Positions 1-13,319 of a DNA stretch of 64,000 bases are shown piece after piece. The DNA lies in the NCBI RefSeq assembly GCF_009914755.1, contig NC_060925.1; one strand, 5' to 3'. Both the position numbers and the translations under genes were made by a program. The stretch is from the human T2T-CHM13v2.0 reference genome, Homo sapiens. The notes under the pieces are model-generated. The model saw only the letters and a program-made list of their open reading frames with translations. It was not told where the DNA came from and ran no database searches. The number at the start of each line of letters is the position of its first letter. Position 1 is the first letter of the stretch.

Positions 1-286
1 ATGGAATTATCCTCAAATGGAATCGAATTCAATTATCGAATGCAATCGAATGGAATTATCGAATGCAATCGAATAGAATCATCGAAAGGACTCGAATGGA
101 ATCATCGAATGGAATGGAATGGAACAGTCAATGAACTCGAATGGAATCATCATTGAATGGAATCGAATGGAATCATCGAGTGGAATCGAATGGAATTATG
201 ATCAAATGGAATCGAATGTAATCATCATCAAATGGAATCAAAAATAACCATCATCAATTGGTATTGAATGGAATTGTCATCAAATG

Positions 287-292
287 GAATTC
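287..292. other. EcoRI site GAATTC, one per unit (classical landmark releasing the ~1.77-kb fragment)
   Basis: CAAATGGAATTCAAAGG at 281-297 recurs once in each unit, e.g. ~1618, ~3394, ~4725. Confidence 0.9.
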
Positions 293-446
293 AAAGGAAT
301 CATCATCAAATGGAACCGAATGGAATCCTCATTGAATGGAAATGAAAGGGGTCATCATCTAATGGAATCGCATGGAATCATCATCAAATGGAATCGAATG
401 GAATCATCATCAAATGGAATCTAATGGAATCATTGAACAGAATTGA

Positions 447-1777
447 ATGGAATCGTCATCGAATGAATTGAATGCAATCATCGAATGGTCTCGAATGGAA
501 TCATCTTCTAATGGAAAGGAATGGAATCATCGCATAGAATCGAATGGAATTATCATCGAATGGAATCGAATGGTATCAACACCAAACGGAAAAAAACGGA
601 ATTATCGAATGGAATCGAAGAGAATCTTCGAACGGACCCGAATGGAATCATCTAATGGAATGGAATGGAATAATCCATGGACTCGAATGCAATCACCATC
701 GAATGGAATCGAATGGAATCATCGAATGGACTCGAATGGAATAATCATTGAACGGAATCGAATGGAATCATCATCGGATGGAAATGAATGGAATCATCAT
801 CGAATGGAATCGAATAGAATTATGGAATGAAATCCAGTGTGATCATCATCGAATGGACCCGAATGGAATCATCATCCAACGGAAGCTAATGGAATCAACA
901 TCGAATGAATCGAATGGAAACACCATCGAATTGAAACGAATGGAATTATCATGAAATTGAAATGGATGGACTCATCATCGAATGGATTCGAATGGAATCA
1001 TCGAATAAAATTGATTGAAATCATCATCAAATGGAATCGAATGGTATCATTGAATGGAATCGAATGGAATCATCATCAGATGGAAATGAATGGAATCGTC
1101 ATAGAATGGAATCGAATGGATTCATTGAATGGAATCAGATGGAATCATCGAATGGACTGGAATGGAATCATTGAATGGACTCGAAAGGCATCATTATTGA
1201 ATGGAATTGAATGGAATCATCGAATGGTCTCGATTGGAATCATTACCAAATGGAATCGAATGGAATCACCGAATAGAATCGAATGGAACAATCATCGAAT
1301 GGACTCAAATGGAATTATCCTCCAATGGAATCGAATGGAATTATCGAATGCAATCGAATGGAATTATCGAATGCAATCGAATGGAATTATCGAATGCAAT
1401 CGAATAGAATCATCGAATGGACTCGAATGGAATCATCGAATGGAATGGAATGGAACAGTCAATGAACTCGAATGGAATCATCATTGAATGGAATCGAATG
1501 GAATCATCGAGTGGAATCGAATGGAATTATGATCAAATGGAATCGAATGTAATCATCATCAAATGGAATCAAAAATAACCATCATCAATTGGTATTGAAT
1601 GGAATTGTCATCAAATGGAATTCAAAGGAATCATCATCAAATGGAACCGAATGGAATCCTCATTGAATGGAAATGAAAGGGGTCATCATCTAATGGAATC
1701 GCATGGAATCATCATCAAATGGAATCGAATGGAATCATCATCAAATGGAATCTAATGGAATCATTGAACAGAATTGA
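447..1777 (+). repeat. 1,331-bp variant unit (-468 A/B hybrid, +23 bp)
   Basis: Unit starts at 447 and 1778. There is only one A/B module, and three copies of the 23-mer at 1341-1409. Confidence 0.92.
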
Positions 1778-2598
1778 ATGGAATCGTCATCGAATGAATT
1801 GAATGCAATCATCGAATGGTCTCGAATGGAATCATCTTCTAATGGAAAGGAATGGAATCATCGCATAGAATCGAATGGAATTATCATCGAATGGAATCGA
1901 ATGGTATCAACACCAAACGGAAAAAAACGGAATTATCGAATGGAATCGAAGAGAATCTTCGAACGGACCCGAATGGAATCATCTAATGGAATGGAATGGA
2001 ATAATCCATGGACTCGAATGCAATCATCATCGAATGGAATCGAATGGAGTCATCGAATGGACTCGAATGGAATAATCATTGAACGGAATCGAATGGAATC
2101 ATCATCGGATGGAAACGAATGGAATCATCATCGAATGGAAATGAAAGGAGTCATCATCTAATGGAATTGCATGGAATCATCATAAAATGGAATCGAATGG
2201 AATCAACATCAAATGGAATCAAATGGAATCATTGAACGGAATTGAATGGAATCGTCATCGAATGAATTGACTGCAATCATCGAATGGTCTCGAATGGAAT
2301 CATCTTCAAATGGAATGGAATGGAATCATCGCATAGAATCGAATGGAATTATCATCGAATGGAATCGAATGGAATCAACATCAAACGGAAAAAAACAGAA
2401 TTATCGTATGGAATCTAAGAGAATCATCGAATGGACCCGAATGGAATCATCTAATGGAATGGAATGGAATAATCCATGGACTCGAATGCAATCATCATCG
2501 AATGGAATCGAATGGAATCATCGAATGGACTCGAATGGAATAATCATTGAACGGAATCGAATGGAATCATCATCGGATGGAAATGAATGGAATCATCA
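1670..2598 (+). repeat. Internal 468-bp-period direct duplication (modules A and B) present in every full-length unit
   Basis: Paired landmarks lie 468 bp apart: AAATGAAAGGGGTC/AAATGAAAGGAGTC, GGTCTCGA at 1818/2286, GGAAAAAAAC, AATAATCCATGG. Diagnostic A/B differences are TTGAATGC/TTGACTGC, TTCTAATGGAAAGG/TTCAAATGGAATGG, GGTATCAACACC/GGAATCAACATC and ATCTTCGAACGG/ATCATCGAATGG. Confidence 0.93.
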
Positions 2599-3553
2599 TC
2601 GAATGGAATCGAATAGAATTATGGAATGAAATCCAGTGTGATCATCATCGAATGGACCCGAATGGAATCATCATCCAACGGAAGCTAATGGAATCAACAT
2701 CGAATGAATCGAATGGAAACACCATCGAATTGAAACGAATGGAATTATCATGAAATTGAAATGGATGGACACATCATCGAATGGATTCGAATGGAATCAT
2801 CGAATAAAATTGATTGAAATCATCATCAAATGGAATCGAATGGTATCATTGAATGGAATCGAATGGAATCATCATCAGATGGAAATGAATGGAATCGTCA
2901 TAGAATGGAATCGAATGGATTCATTGAATGGAATCAGATGGAATCATCGAATGGACTGGAATGGAATCATTGAATGGACTCGAAAGGGATCATTATTGAA
3001 TGGAATTGAATGGAATCATCGAATGGTCTCGATTGGAATCATTATCAAATGGAATCGAATGGAATCACCGAATAGAATCGAATGGAACAATCATCGAATG
3101 GACTCAAATGGAATTATCCTCAAATGGAATCGAATGGAATTATCGAATGCAATCGAATGGAATTATCGAATGCAATCGAATAGAATCATCGAAAGGACTC
3201 GAATGGAATCATCGAATGGAATGGAATGGAACAGTCAATGAACTCGAATGGAATCATCATTGAATGGAATCGAATGGAATCATCGAGTGGAATCGAATGG
3301 AATTATGATCAAATGGAATCGAATGTAATCATCATCAAATGGAATCAAAAATAACCATCATCAATTGGTATTGAATGGAATTGTCATCAAATGGAATTCA
3401 AAGGAATCATCATCAAATGGAACCGAATGGAATCCTCATTGAATGGAAATGAAAGGGGTCATCATCTAATGGAATCGCATGGAATCATCATCAAATGGAA
3501 TCGAATGGAATCATCATCAAATGGAATCTAATGGAATCATTGAACAGAATTGA
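1778..3553 (+). repeat. Representative canonical 1,776-bp unit (module A + module B + unique segment + module C)
   Basis: ATGGAATCGTCATCGAATGAATTGAATGC starts at 1778 and again at 3554. The paralogous ATGGAATCGTCATCGAATGAATTGACTGC starts at 2246 (+468). Confidence 0.95.
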
Positions 3554-4884
3554 ATGGAATCGTCATCGAATGAATTGAATGCAATCATCGAATGGTCTCG
3601 AATGGAATCATCTTCTAATGGAAAGGAATGGAATCATCGCATAGAATCGAATGGAATTATCATCGAATGGAATCGAATGGTATCAACACCAAACGGAAAA
3701 AAACGGAATTATCGAATGGAATCGAAGAGAATCTTCGAACGGACCCGAATGGAATCATCTAATGGAATGGAATGGAATAATCCATGGACTCGAATGCAAT
3801 CATCATCGAATGGAATCGAATGGAATCATCGAATGGACTCGAATGGAATAATCATTGAACGGAATCGAATGGAATCATCATCGGATGGAAATGAATGGAA
3901 TCATCATCGAATGGAATCGAATAGAATTATGGAATGAAATCCAGTGTGATCATCATCGAATGGACCCGAATGGAATCATCATCCAACGGAAGCTAATGGA
4001 ATCAACATCGAATGAATCGAATGGAAACACCATCGAATTGAAACGAATGGAATTATCATGAAATTGAAATGGATGGACTCATCATCGAATGGATTCGAAT
4101 GGAATCATCGAATAAAATTGATTGAAATCATCATCAAATGGAATCGAATGGTATCATTGAATGGAATCGAATGGAATCATCATCAGATGGAAATGAATGG
4201 AATCGTCATAGAATGGAATCGAATGGATTCATTGAATGGAATCAGATGGAATCATCGAATGGACTGGAATGGAATCATTGAATGGACTCGAAAGGCATCA
4301 TTATTGAATGGAATTGAATGGAATCATCGAATGGTCTCGATTGGAATCATTACCAAATGGAATCGAATGGAATCACCGAATAGAATCGAATGGAACAATC
4401 ATCGAATGGACTCAAATGGAATTATCCTCCAATGGAATCGAATGGAATTATCGAATGCAATCGAATGGAATTATCGAATGCAATCGAATGGAATTATCGA
4501 ATGCAATCGAATAGAATCATCGAATGGACTCGAATGGAATCATCGAATGGAATGGAATGGAACAGTCAATGAACTCGAATGGAATCATCATTGAATGGAA
4601 TCGAATGGAATCATCGAGTGGAATCGAATGGAATTATGATCAAATGGAATCGAATGTAATCATCATCAAATGGAATCAAAAATAACCATCATCAATTGGT
4701 ATTGAATGGAATTGTCATCAAATGGAATTCAAAGGAATCATCATCAAATGGAACCGAATGGAATCCTCATTGAATGGAAATGAAAGGGGTCATCATCTAA
4801 TGGAATCGCATGGAATCATCATCAAATGGAATCGAATGGAATCATCATCAAATGGAATCTAATGGAATCATTGAACAGAATTGA
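3554..4884 (+). repeat. 1,331-bp variant unit (-468, +23)
   Basis: Unit starts at 3554 and 4885. Same structure and the same AAAGGCATCA variant as the 447 unit. Confidence 0.92.
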
Positions 4885-7800
4885 ATGGAATCGTCATCGA
4901 ATGAATTGAATGCAATCATCGAATGGTCTCGAATGGAATCATCTTCTAATGGAAAGGAATGGAATCATCGCATAGAATCGAATGGAATTATCATCGAATG
5001 GAATCGAATGGTATCAACACCAAACGGAAAAAAACGGAATTATCGAATGGAATCGAAGAGAATCTTCGAACGGACCCGAATGGAATCATCTAATGGAATG
5101 GAATGGAATAATCCATGGACTCGAATGCAATCATCATCGAATGGAATCGAATGGAGTCATCGAATGGACTCGAATGGAATAATCATTGAACGGAATCGAA
5201 TGGAATCATCATCGGATGGAAACGAATGGAATCATCATCGAATGGAAATGAAAGGAGTCATCATCTAATGGAATTGCATGGAATCATCATAAAATGGAAT
5301 CGAATGGAATCAACATCAAATGGAATCAAATGGAATCATTGAACGGAATTGAATGGAATCGTCATCGAATGAATTGACTGCAATCATCGAATGGTCTCGA
5401 ATGGAATCATCTTCAAATGGAATGGAATGGAATCATCGCATAGAATCGAATGGAATTATCATCGAATGGAATCGAATGGAATCAACATCAAACGGAAAAA
5501 AACAGAATTATCGTATGGAATCTAAGAGAATCATCGAATGGACCCGAATGGAATCATCTAATGGAATGGAATGGAATAATCCATGGACTCGAATGCAATC
5601 ATCATCGAATGGAATCGAATGGAATCATCGAATGGACTCGAATGGAATAATCATTGAACGGAATCGAATGGAATCATCATCGGATGGAAATGAATGGAAT
5701 CATCATCGAATGGAATCGAATAGAATTATGGAATGAAATCCAGTGTGATCATCATCGAATGGACCCGAATGGAATCATCATCCAACGGAAGCTAATGGAA
5801 TCAACATCGAATGAATCGAATGGAAACACCATCGAATTGAAACGAATGGAATTATCATGAAATTGAAATGGATGGACACATCATCGAATGGATTCGAATG
5901 GAATCATCGAATAAAATTGATTGAAATCATCATCAAATGGAATCGAATGGTATCATTGAATGGAATCGAATGGAATCATCATCAGATGGAAATGAATGGA
6001 ATCGTCATAGAATGGAATCGAATGGATTCATTGAATGGAATCAGATGGAATCATCGAATGGACTGGAATGGAATCATTGAATGGACTCGAAAGGGATCAT
6101 TATTGAATGGAATTGAATGGAATCATCGAATGGTCTCGATTGGAATCATTATCAAATGGAATCGAATGGAATCACCGAATAGAATCGAATGGAACAATCA
6201 TCGAATGGACTCAAATGGAATTATCCTCAAATGGAATCGAATGGAATTATCGAATGCAATCGAATGGAATTATCGAATGCAATCGAATAGAATCATCGAA
6301 TGGACTCGAATGGAATCATCGAATGGAATGGAATGGAACAGTCAATGAACTCGAATGGAATCATCATTGAATGGAATCGAATGGAATCATCGAGTGGAAT
6401 CGAATGGAATTATGATCAAATGGAATCGAATGTAATCATCATCAAATGGAATCAAAAATAACCATCATCAATTGGTATTGAATGGAATTGTCATCAAATG
6501 GAATTCAAAGGAATCATCATCAAATGGAACCGAATGGAATCCTCATTGAATGGAAATGAAAGGGGTCATCATCTAATGGAATCGCATGGAATCATCATCA
6601 AATGGAATCGAATGGAATCATCATCAAATGGAATCTAATGGAATCATTGAACAGAATTGAATGGAATCGTCATCGAATGAATTGAATGCAATCATCGAAT
6701 GGTCTCGAATGGAATCATCTTCTAATGGAAAGGAATGGAATCATCGCATAGAATCGAATGGAATTATCATCGAATGGAATCGAATGGTATCAACACCAAA
6801 CGGAAAAAAACGGAATTATCGAATGGAATCGAAGAGAATCTTCGAACGGACCCGAATGGAATCATCTAATGGAATGGAATGGAATAATCCATGGACTCGA
6901 ATGCAATCATCATCGAATGGAATGGAATGGAATCATCGAATGGACTCGAATGGAATAATCATTGAACGGAATCGAATGGAATCATCATCGGATGGAAACG
7001 AATGGAATCATCATCGAATGGAAATGAAAGGAGTCATCATCTAATGGAATTGCATGGAATCATCATAAAATGGAATCGAATGGAATCAACATCAAATGGA
7101 ATCAAATGGAATCATTGAACGGAATTGAATGGAATCGTCATCGAATGAATTGACTGCAATCATCGAATGTTCTCGAATGCAATCATCTTCAAATGGAATG
7201 GAATGGAATCATCGCATAGAATCGAATGGAATTATCATCGAATGGAATCGAATGGAATCAACATCAAACGGAAAAAAACGGAATTATCGTATGGAATCGA
7301 AGAGAATCATCGAATGGACCCGAATGGAATCATCTAATGGAATGGAATGGAATAATCCATGGACTCGAATGCAATCATCATCGAATGAAATCGAATGGAA
7401 TCATCGAATGGACTCGAATGGAATAATCATTGAACGGAATCGAATGGAATCATCATCGGATGGAAATGAATGGAATCATCATCGAATGGAATCGAATAGA
7501 ATTATGGAATGAAATCCAGTGTGATCATCATCGAATGGACCCGAATGGAATCATCATCCAACGGAAGCTAATGGAATCAACATCGAATGAATCGAATGGA
7601 AACACCATCGAATTGAAACGAATGGAATTATCATGAAATTGAAATGGATGGACTCATCATCGAATGGATTCGAATGGAATCATCGAATAAAATTGATTGA
7701 AATCATCATCGAATGGAATCGAATGGTATCATTGAATGGAATCGAATGGAATCATCATCAGATGGAAATGAATGGAATCGTCATAGAATGGAATCGAATG

Positions 7801-8436
7801 GATTCATTGAATGGAATCAGATGGAATCATCGAATGGACTGGAATGGAATCATTGAATGGACTCGAAAGGGATCATGATTGAATGGAATTGAATGGAATC
7901 ATCGAATGGTCTCGATTGGAATCATTATCAAATGGAATCGAATGGAATCACCGAATAGAATCGAATGGAACAATCATCGAATGGACTCAAATGGAATTAT
8001 CCTCAAATGGAATCGAATGGAATTATCGAATGCAATCGAATGGAATTATCGAATGCAATCGAATAGAATCATCGAAAGGACTCGAATGGAATCATCGAAT
8101 GGAATGGAATGGAACAGTCAATGAACTCGAATGGAATCATCATTGAATGGAATCGAATGGAATCATCGAGTGGAATCGAATGGAATTATGATCAAATGGA
8201 ATCGAATGTAATCATCATCAAATGGAATCAAAAATAACCATCATCAATTGGTATTGAATGGAATTGTCATCAAATGGAATTCAAAGGAATCATCATCAAA
8301 TGGAACCGAATGGAATCCTCATTGAATGGAAATGAAAGGGGTCATCATCTAATGGAATCGCATGGAATCATCATCAAATGGAATCGAATGGAATCATCAT
8401 CAAATGGAATCTAATGGAATCATTGAACAGAATTGA

Positions 8437-9767
8437 ATGGAATCGTCATCGAATGAATTGAATGCAATCATCGAATGGTCTCGAATGGAATCATCTTCTA
8501 ATGGAAAGGAATGGAATCATCGCATAGAATCGAATGGAATTATCATCGAATGGAATCGAATGGTATCAACACCAAACGGAAAAAAACGGAATTATCGAAT
8601 GGAATCGAAGAGAATCTTCGAACGGACCCGAATGGAATCATCTAATGGAATGGAATGGAATAATCCATGGACTCGAATGCAATCATCATCGAATGGAATC
8701 GAATGGAATCATCGAATGGACTCGAATGGAATAATCATTGAACGGAATCGAATGGAATCATCATCGGATGGAAATGAATGGAATCATCATCGAATGGAAT
8801 CGAATAGAATTATGGAATGAAATCCAGTGTGATCATCATCGAATGGACCCGAATGGAATCATCATCCAACGGAAGCTAATGGAATCAACATCGAATGAAT
8901 CGAATGGAAACACCATCGAATTGAAACGAATGGAATTATCATGAAATTGAAATGGATGGACTCATCATCGAATGGATTCGAATGGAATCATCGAATAAAA
9001 TTGATTGAAATCATCATCAAATGGAATCGAATGGTATCATTGAATGGAATCGAATGGAATCATCATCAGATGGAAATGAATGGAATCGTCATAGAATGGA
9101 ATCGAATGGATTCATTGAATGGAATCAGATGGAATCATCGAATGGACTGGAATGGAATCATTGAATGGACTCGAAAGGGATCATTATTGAATGGAATTGA
9201 ATGGAATCATCGAATGGTCTCGATTGGAATCATTACCAAATGGAATCGAATGGAATCACCGAATAGAATCGAATGGAACAATCATCGAATGGACTCAAAT
9301 GGAATTATCCTCCAATGGAATCGAATGGAATTATCGAATGCAATCGAATGGAATTATCGAATGCAATCGAATGGAATTATCGAATGCAATCGAATAGAAT
9401 CATCGAATGGACTCGAATGGAATCATCGAATGGAATGGAATGGAACAGTCAATGAACTCGAATGGAATCATCATTGAATGGAATCGAATGGAATCATCGA
9501 GTGGAATCGAATGGAATTATGATCAAATGGAATCGAATGTAATCCTCATCAAATGGAATCAAAAATAACCATCATCAATTGGTATTGAATGGAATTGTCA
9601 TCAAATGGAATTCAAAGGAATCATCATCAAATGGAACCGAATGGAATCCTCATTGAATGGAAATGAAAGGGGTCATCATCTAATGGAATCGCATGGAATC
9701 ATCATCAAATGGAATCGAATGGAATCATCATCAAATGGAATCTAATGGAATCATTGAACAGAATTGA
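8437..9767 (+). repeat. 1,331-bp variant unit (-468, +23)
   Basis: Unit starts at 8437 and 9768. Triple 23-mer at 9331-9399. Confidence 0.92.
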
Positions 9768-12700
9768 ATGGAATCGTCATCGAATGAATTGAATGCAATC
9801 ATCGAATGGTCTCGAATGGAATCATCTTCTAATGGAAAGGAATGGAATCATCGCATAGAATCGAATGGAATTATCATCGAATGGAATCGAATGGTATCAA
9901 CACCAAACGGAAAAAAACGGAATTATCGAATGGAATCGAAGAGAATCTTCGAACGGACCCGAATGGAATCATCTAATGGAATGGAATGGAATAATCCATG
10001 GACTCGAATGCAATCATCATCGAATGGAATCGAATGGAGTCATCGAATGGACTCGAATGGAATAATCATTGAACGGAATCGAATGGAATCATCATCGGAT
10101 GGAAACGAATGGAATCATCATCGAATGGAAATGAAAGGAGTCATCATCTAATGGAATTGCATGGAATCATCATAAAATGGAATCGAATGGAATCAACATC
10201 AAATGGAATCAAATGGAATCATTGAACGGAATTGAATGGAATCGTCATCGAATGAATTGACTGCAATCATCGAATGGTCTCGAATGGAATCATCTTCAAA
10301 TGGAATGGAATGGAATCATCGCATAGAATCGAATGGAATTATCATCGAATGGAATCGAATGGAATCAACATCAAACGGAAAAAAACAGAATTATCGTATG
10401 GAATCTAAGAGAATCATCGAATGGACCCGAATGGAATCATCTAATGGAATGGAATGGAATAATCCATGGACTCGAATGCAATCATCATCGAATGGAATCG
10501 AATGGAATCATCAAATGGACTCGAATGGAATAATCATTGAACGGAATCGAATGGAATCATCATCGGATGGAAATGAATGGAATCATCATCGAATGGAATC
10601 GAATAGAATTATGGAATGAAATCCAGTGTGATCATCATCGAATGGACCCGAATGGAATCATCATCCAACGGAAGCTAATGGAATCAACATCGAATGAATC
10701 GAATGGAAACACCATCGAATTGAAACGAATGGAATTATCATGAAATTGAAATGGATGGACACATCATCGAATGGATTCGAATGGAATCATCGAATAAAAT
10801 TGATTGAAATCATCATCAAATGGAATCGAATGGTATCATTGAATGGAATCGAATGGAATCATCATCAGATGGAAATGAATGGAATCGTCATAGAATGGAA
10901 TCGAATGGATTCATTGAATGGAATCAGATGGAATCATCGAATGGACTGGAATGGAATCATTGAATGGACTCGAAAGGGATCATGATTGAATGGAATTGAA
11001 TGGAATCATCGAATGGTCTCGATTGGAATCATTATCAAATGGAATCGAATGGAATCACCGAATAGAATCGAATGGAACAATCATCGAATGGACTCAAATG
11101 GAATTATCCTCAAATGGAATCGAATGGAATTATCGAATGCAATCGAATGGAATTATCGAATGCAATCGAATAGAATCATCGAATGGACTCGAATGGAATC
11201 ATCGAATGGAATGGAATGGAACAGTCAATGAACTCGAATGGAATCATCATTGAATGGAATCGAATGGAATCATCGAGTGGAATCGAATGGAATTATGATC
11301 AAATGGAATCGAATGTAATCATCATCAAATGGAATCAAAAATAACCATCATCAATTGGTATTGAATGGAATTGTCATCAAATGGAATTCAAAGGAATCAT
11401 CATCAAATGGAACCGAATGGAATCCTCATTGAATGGAAATGAAAGGGGTCATCATCTAATGGAATCGCATGGAATCATCATCAAATGGAATCGAATGGAA
11501 TCATCATCAAATGGAATCTAATGGAATCATTGAACAGAATTGAATGGAATCGTCATCGAATGAATTGAATGCAATCATCGAATGGTCTCGAATGGAATCA
11601 TCTTCTAATGGAAAGGAATGGAATCATCGCATAGAATCGAATGGAATTATCATCGAATGGAATCGAATGGTATCAACACCAAACGGAAAAAAACGGAATT
11701 ATCGAATGGAATCGAAGAGAATCTTCGAACGGACCCGAATGGAATCATCTAATGGAATGGAATGGAATAATCCATGGACTCGAATGCAATCATCATCGAA
11801 TGGAATCGAATGGAATCATCGAATGGACTCGAATGGAATAATCATTGAACGGAATCGAATGGAATCATCATCGGATGGAAATGAATGGAATCATCATCGA
11901 ATGGAAATGAAAGGAGTCATCATCTAATGGAATTGCATGGAATCATCATAAAATGGAATCGAATGGAATCAACATCAAATGGAATCAAATGGAATCATTG
12001 AACGGAATTGAATGGAATCGTCATCGAATGAATTGACTGCAATCATCGAATGGTCTCGAATGGAATCATCTTCAAATGGAATGGAATGGAATCATCGCAT
12101 AGAATCGAATGGAATTATCATCGAATGGAATCGAATGGAATCAACATCAAACGGAAAAAAACGAAATTATCGAATGGAATCGAAGACAATCATCGAATGG
12201 ACCCGAATGGAATCATCTAATGGAATGGAATGGAATAATCCATGGACTCGAATGCAATCATCATCGAATGGAATCGAATGGAATCATCGAATGGACTCGA
12301 ATGGAATAATCATTGAACGGAATCGAATGGAATCATCATCGGATGGAAATGAATGGAATCATCATCGAATGGAATCGAATAGAATTATGGAATGAAATCC
12401 AGTGTGATCATCATCGAATGGACCCGAATGGAATCATCATCCAACGGAAGCTAATGGAATCAACATCGAATGAATCGAATGGAAACACCATCGAATTGAA
12501 ACGAATGGAATTATCATGAAATTGAAATGGATGGACTCATCATCGAATGGATTCGAATGGAATCATCGAATAAAATTGATTGAAATCATCATCCAATGGA
12601 ATCGAATGGTATCATTGAATGGAATCGAATGGAATCATCATCAGATGGAAATGAATGGAATCGTCATAGAATGGAATCGAATGGATTCATTGAATGGAAT

Positions 12701-13319
12701 CAGATGGAATCATCGAATGGACTGGAATGGAATCATTGAATGGACTCGAAAGGGATCATGATTGAATGGAATTGAATGGAATCATCGAATGGTCTCGATT
12801 GGAATCATTACCAAATGGAATCGAATGGAATCACCGAATAGAATCGAATGGAACAATCATCGAATGGACTCAAATGGAATTATCCTCAAATGGAATCGAA
12901 TGGAATTATCGAATGCAATCGAATGGAATTATCGAATGCAATCGAATAGAATCATCGAATGGACTCGAATGGAATCATCGAATGGAATGGAATGGAACAG
13001 TCAATGAACTCGAATGGAATCATCATTGAATGGAATCGAATGGAATCATCGAGTGGAATCGAATGGAATTATGATCAAATGGAATCGAATGTAATCATCA
13101 TCAAATGGAATCAAAAATAACCATCATCAATTGGTATTGAATGGAATTGTCATCAAATGGAATTCAAAGGAATCATCATCAAATGGAACCGAATGGAATC
13201 CTCATTGAATGGAAATGAAAGGGGTCATCATCTAATGGAATCGCATGGAATCATCATCAAATGGAATCGAATGGAATCATCATCAAATGGAATCAAATGG
13301 AATCATTGAACGGAATTGA

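Noticed and set aside
340-356. GAAAGGGG / AAAGGAG as ribosome-binding sites or G-quadruplex
   Set aside because: This is eukaryotic satellite context with no credible CDS, and a single G4 run per unit cannot form a canonical quadruplex.
1778-2245. 468 = 18 x 26 and 1,776 = 12 x 148 as meaningful periodicities (pure 26-mer or nucleosome phasing)
   Set aside because: The module mixes 23-, 26- and irregular monomers, and no 148-bp internal repeat is visible. These are numerical coincidences.
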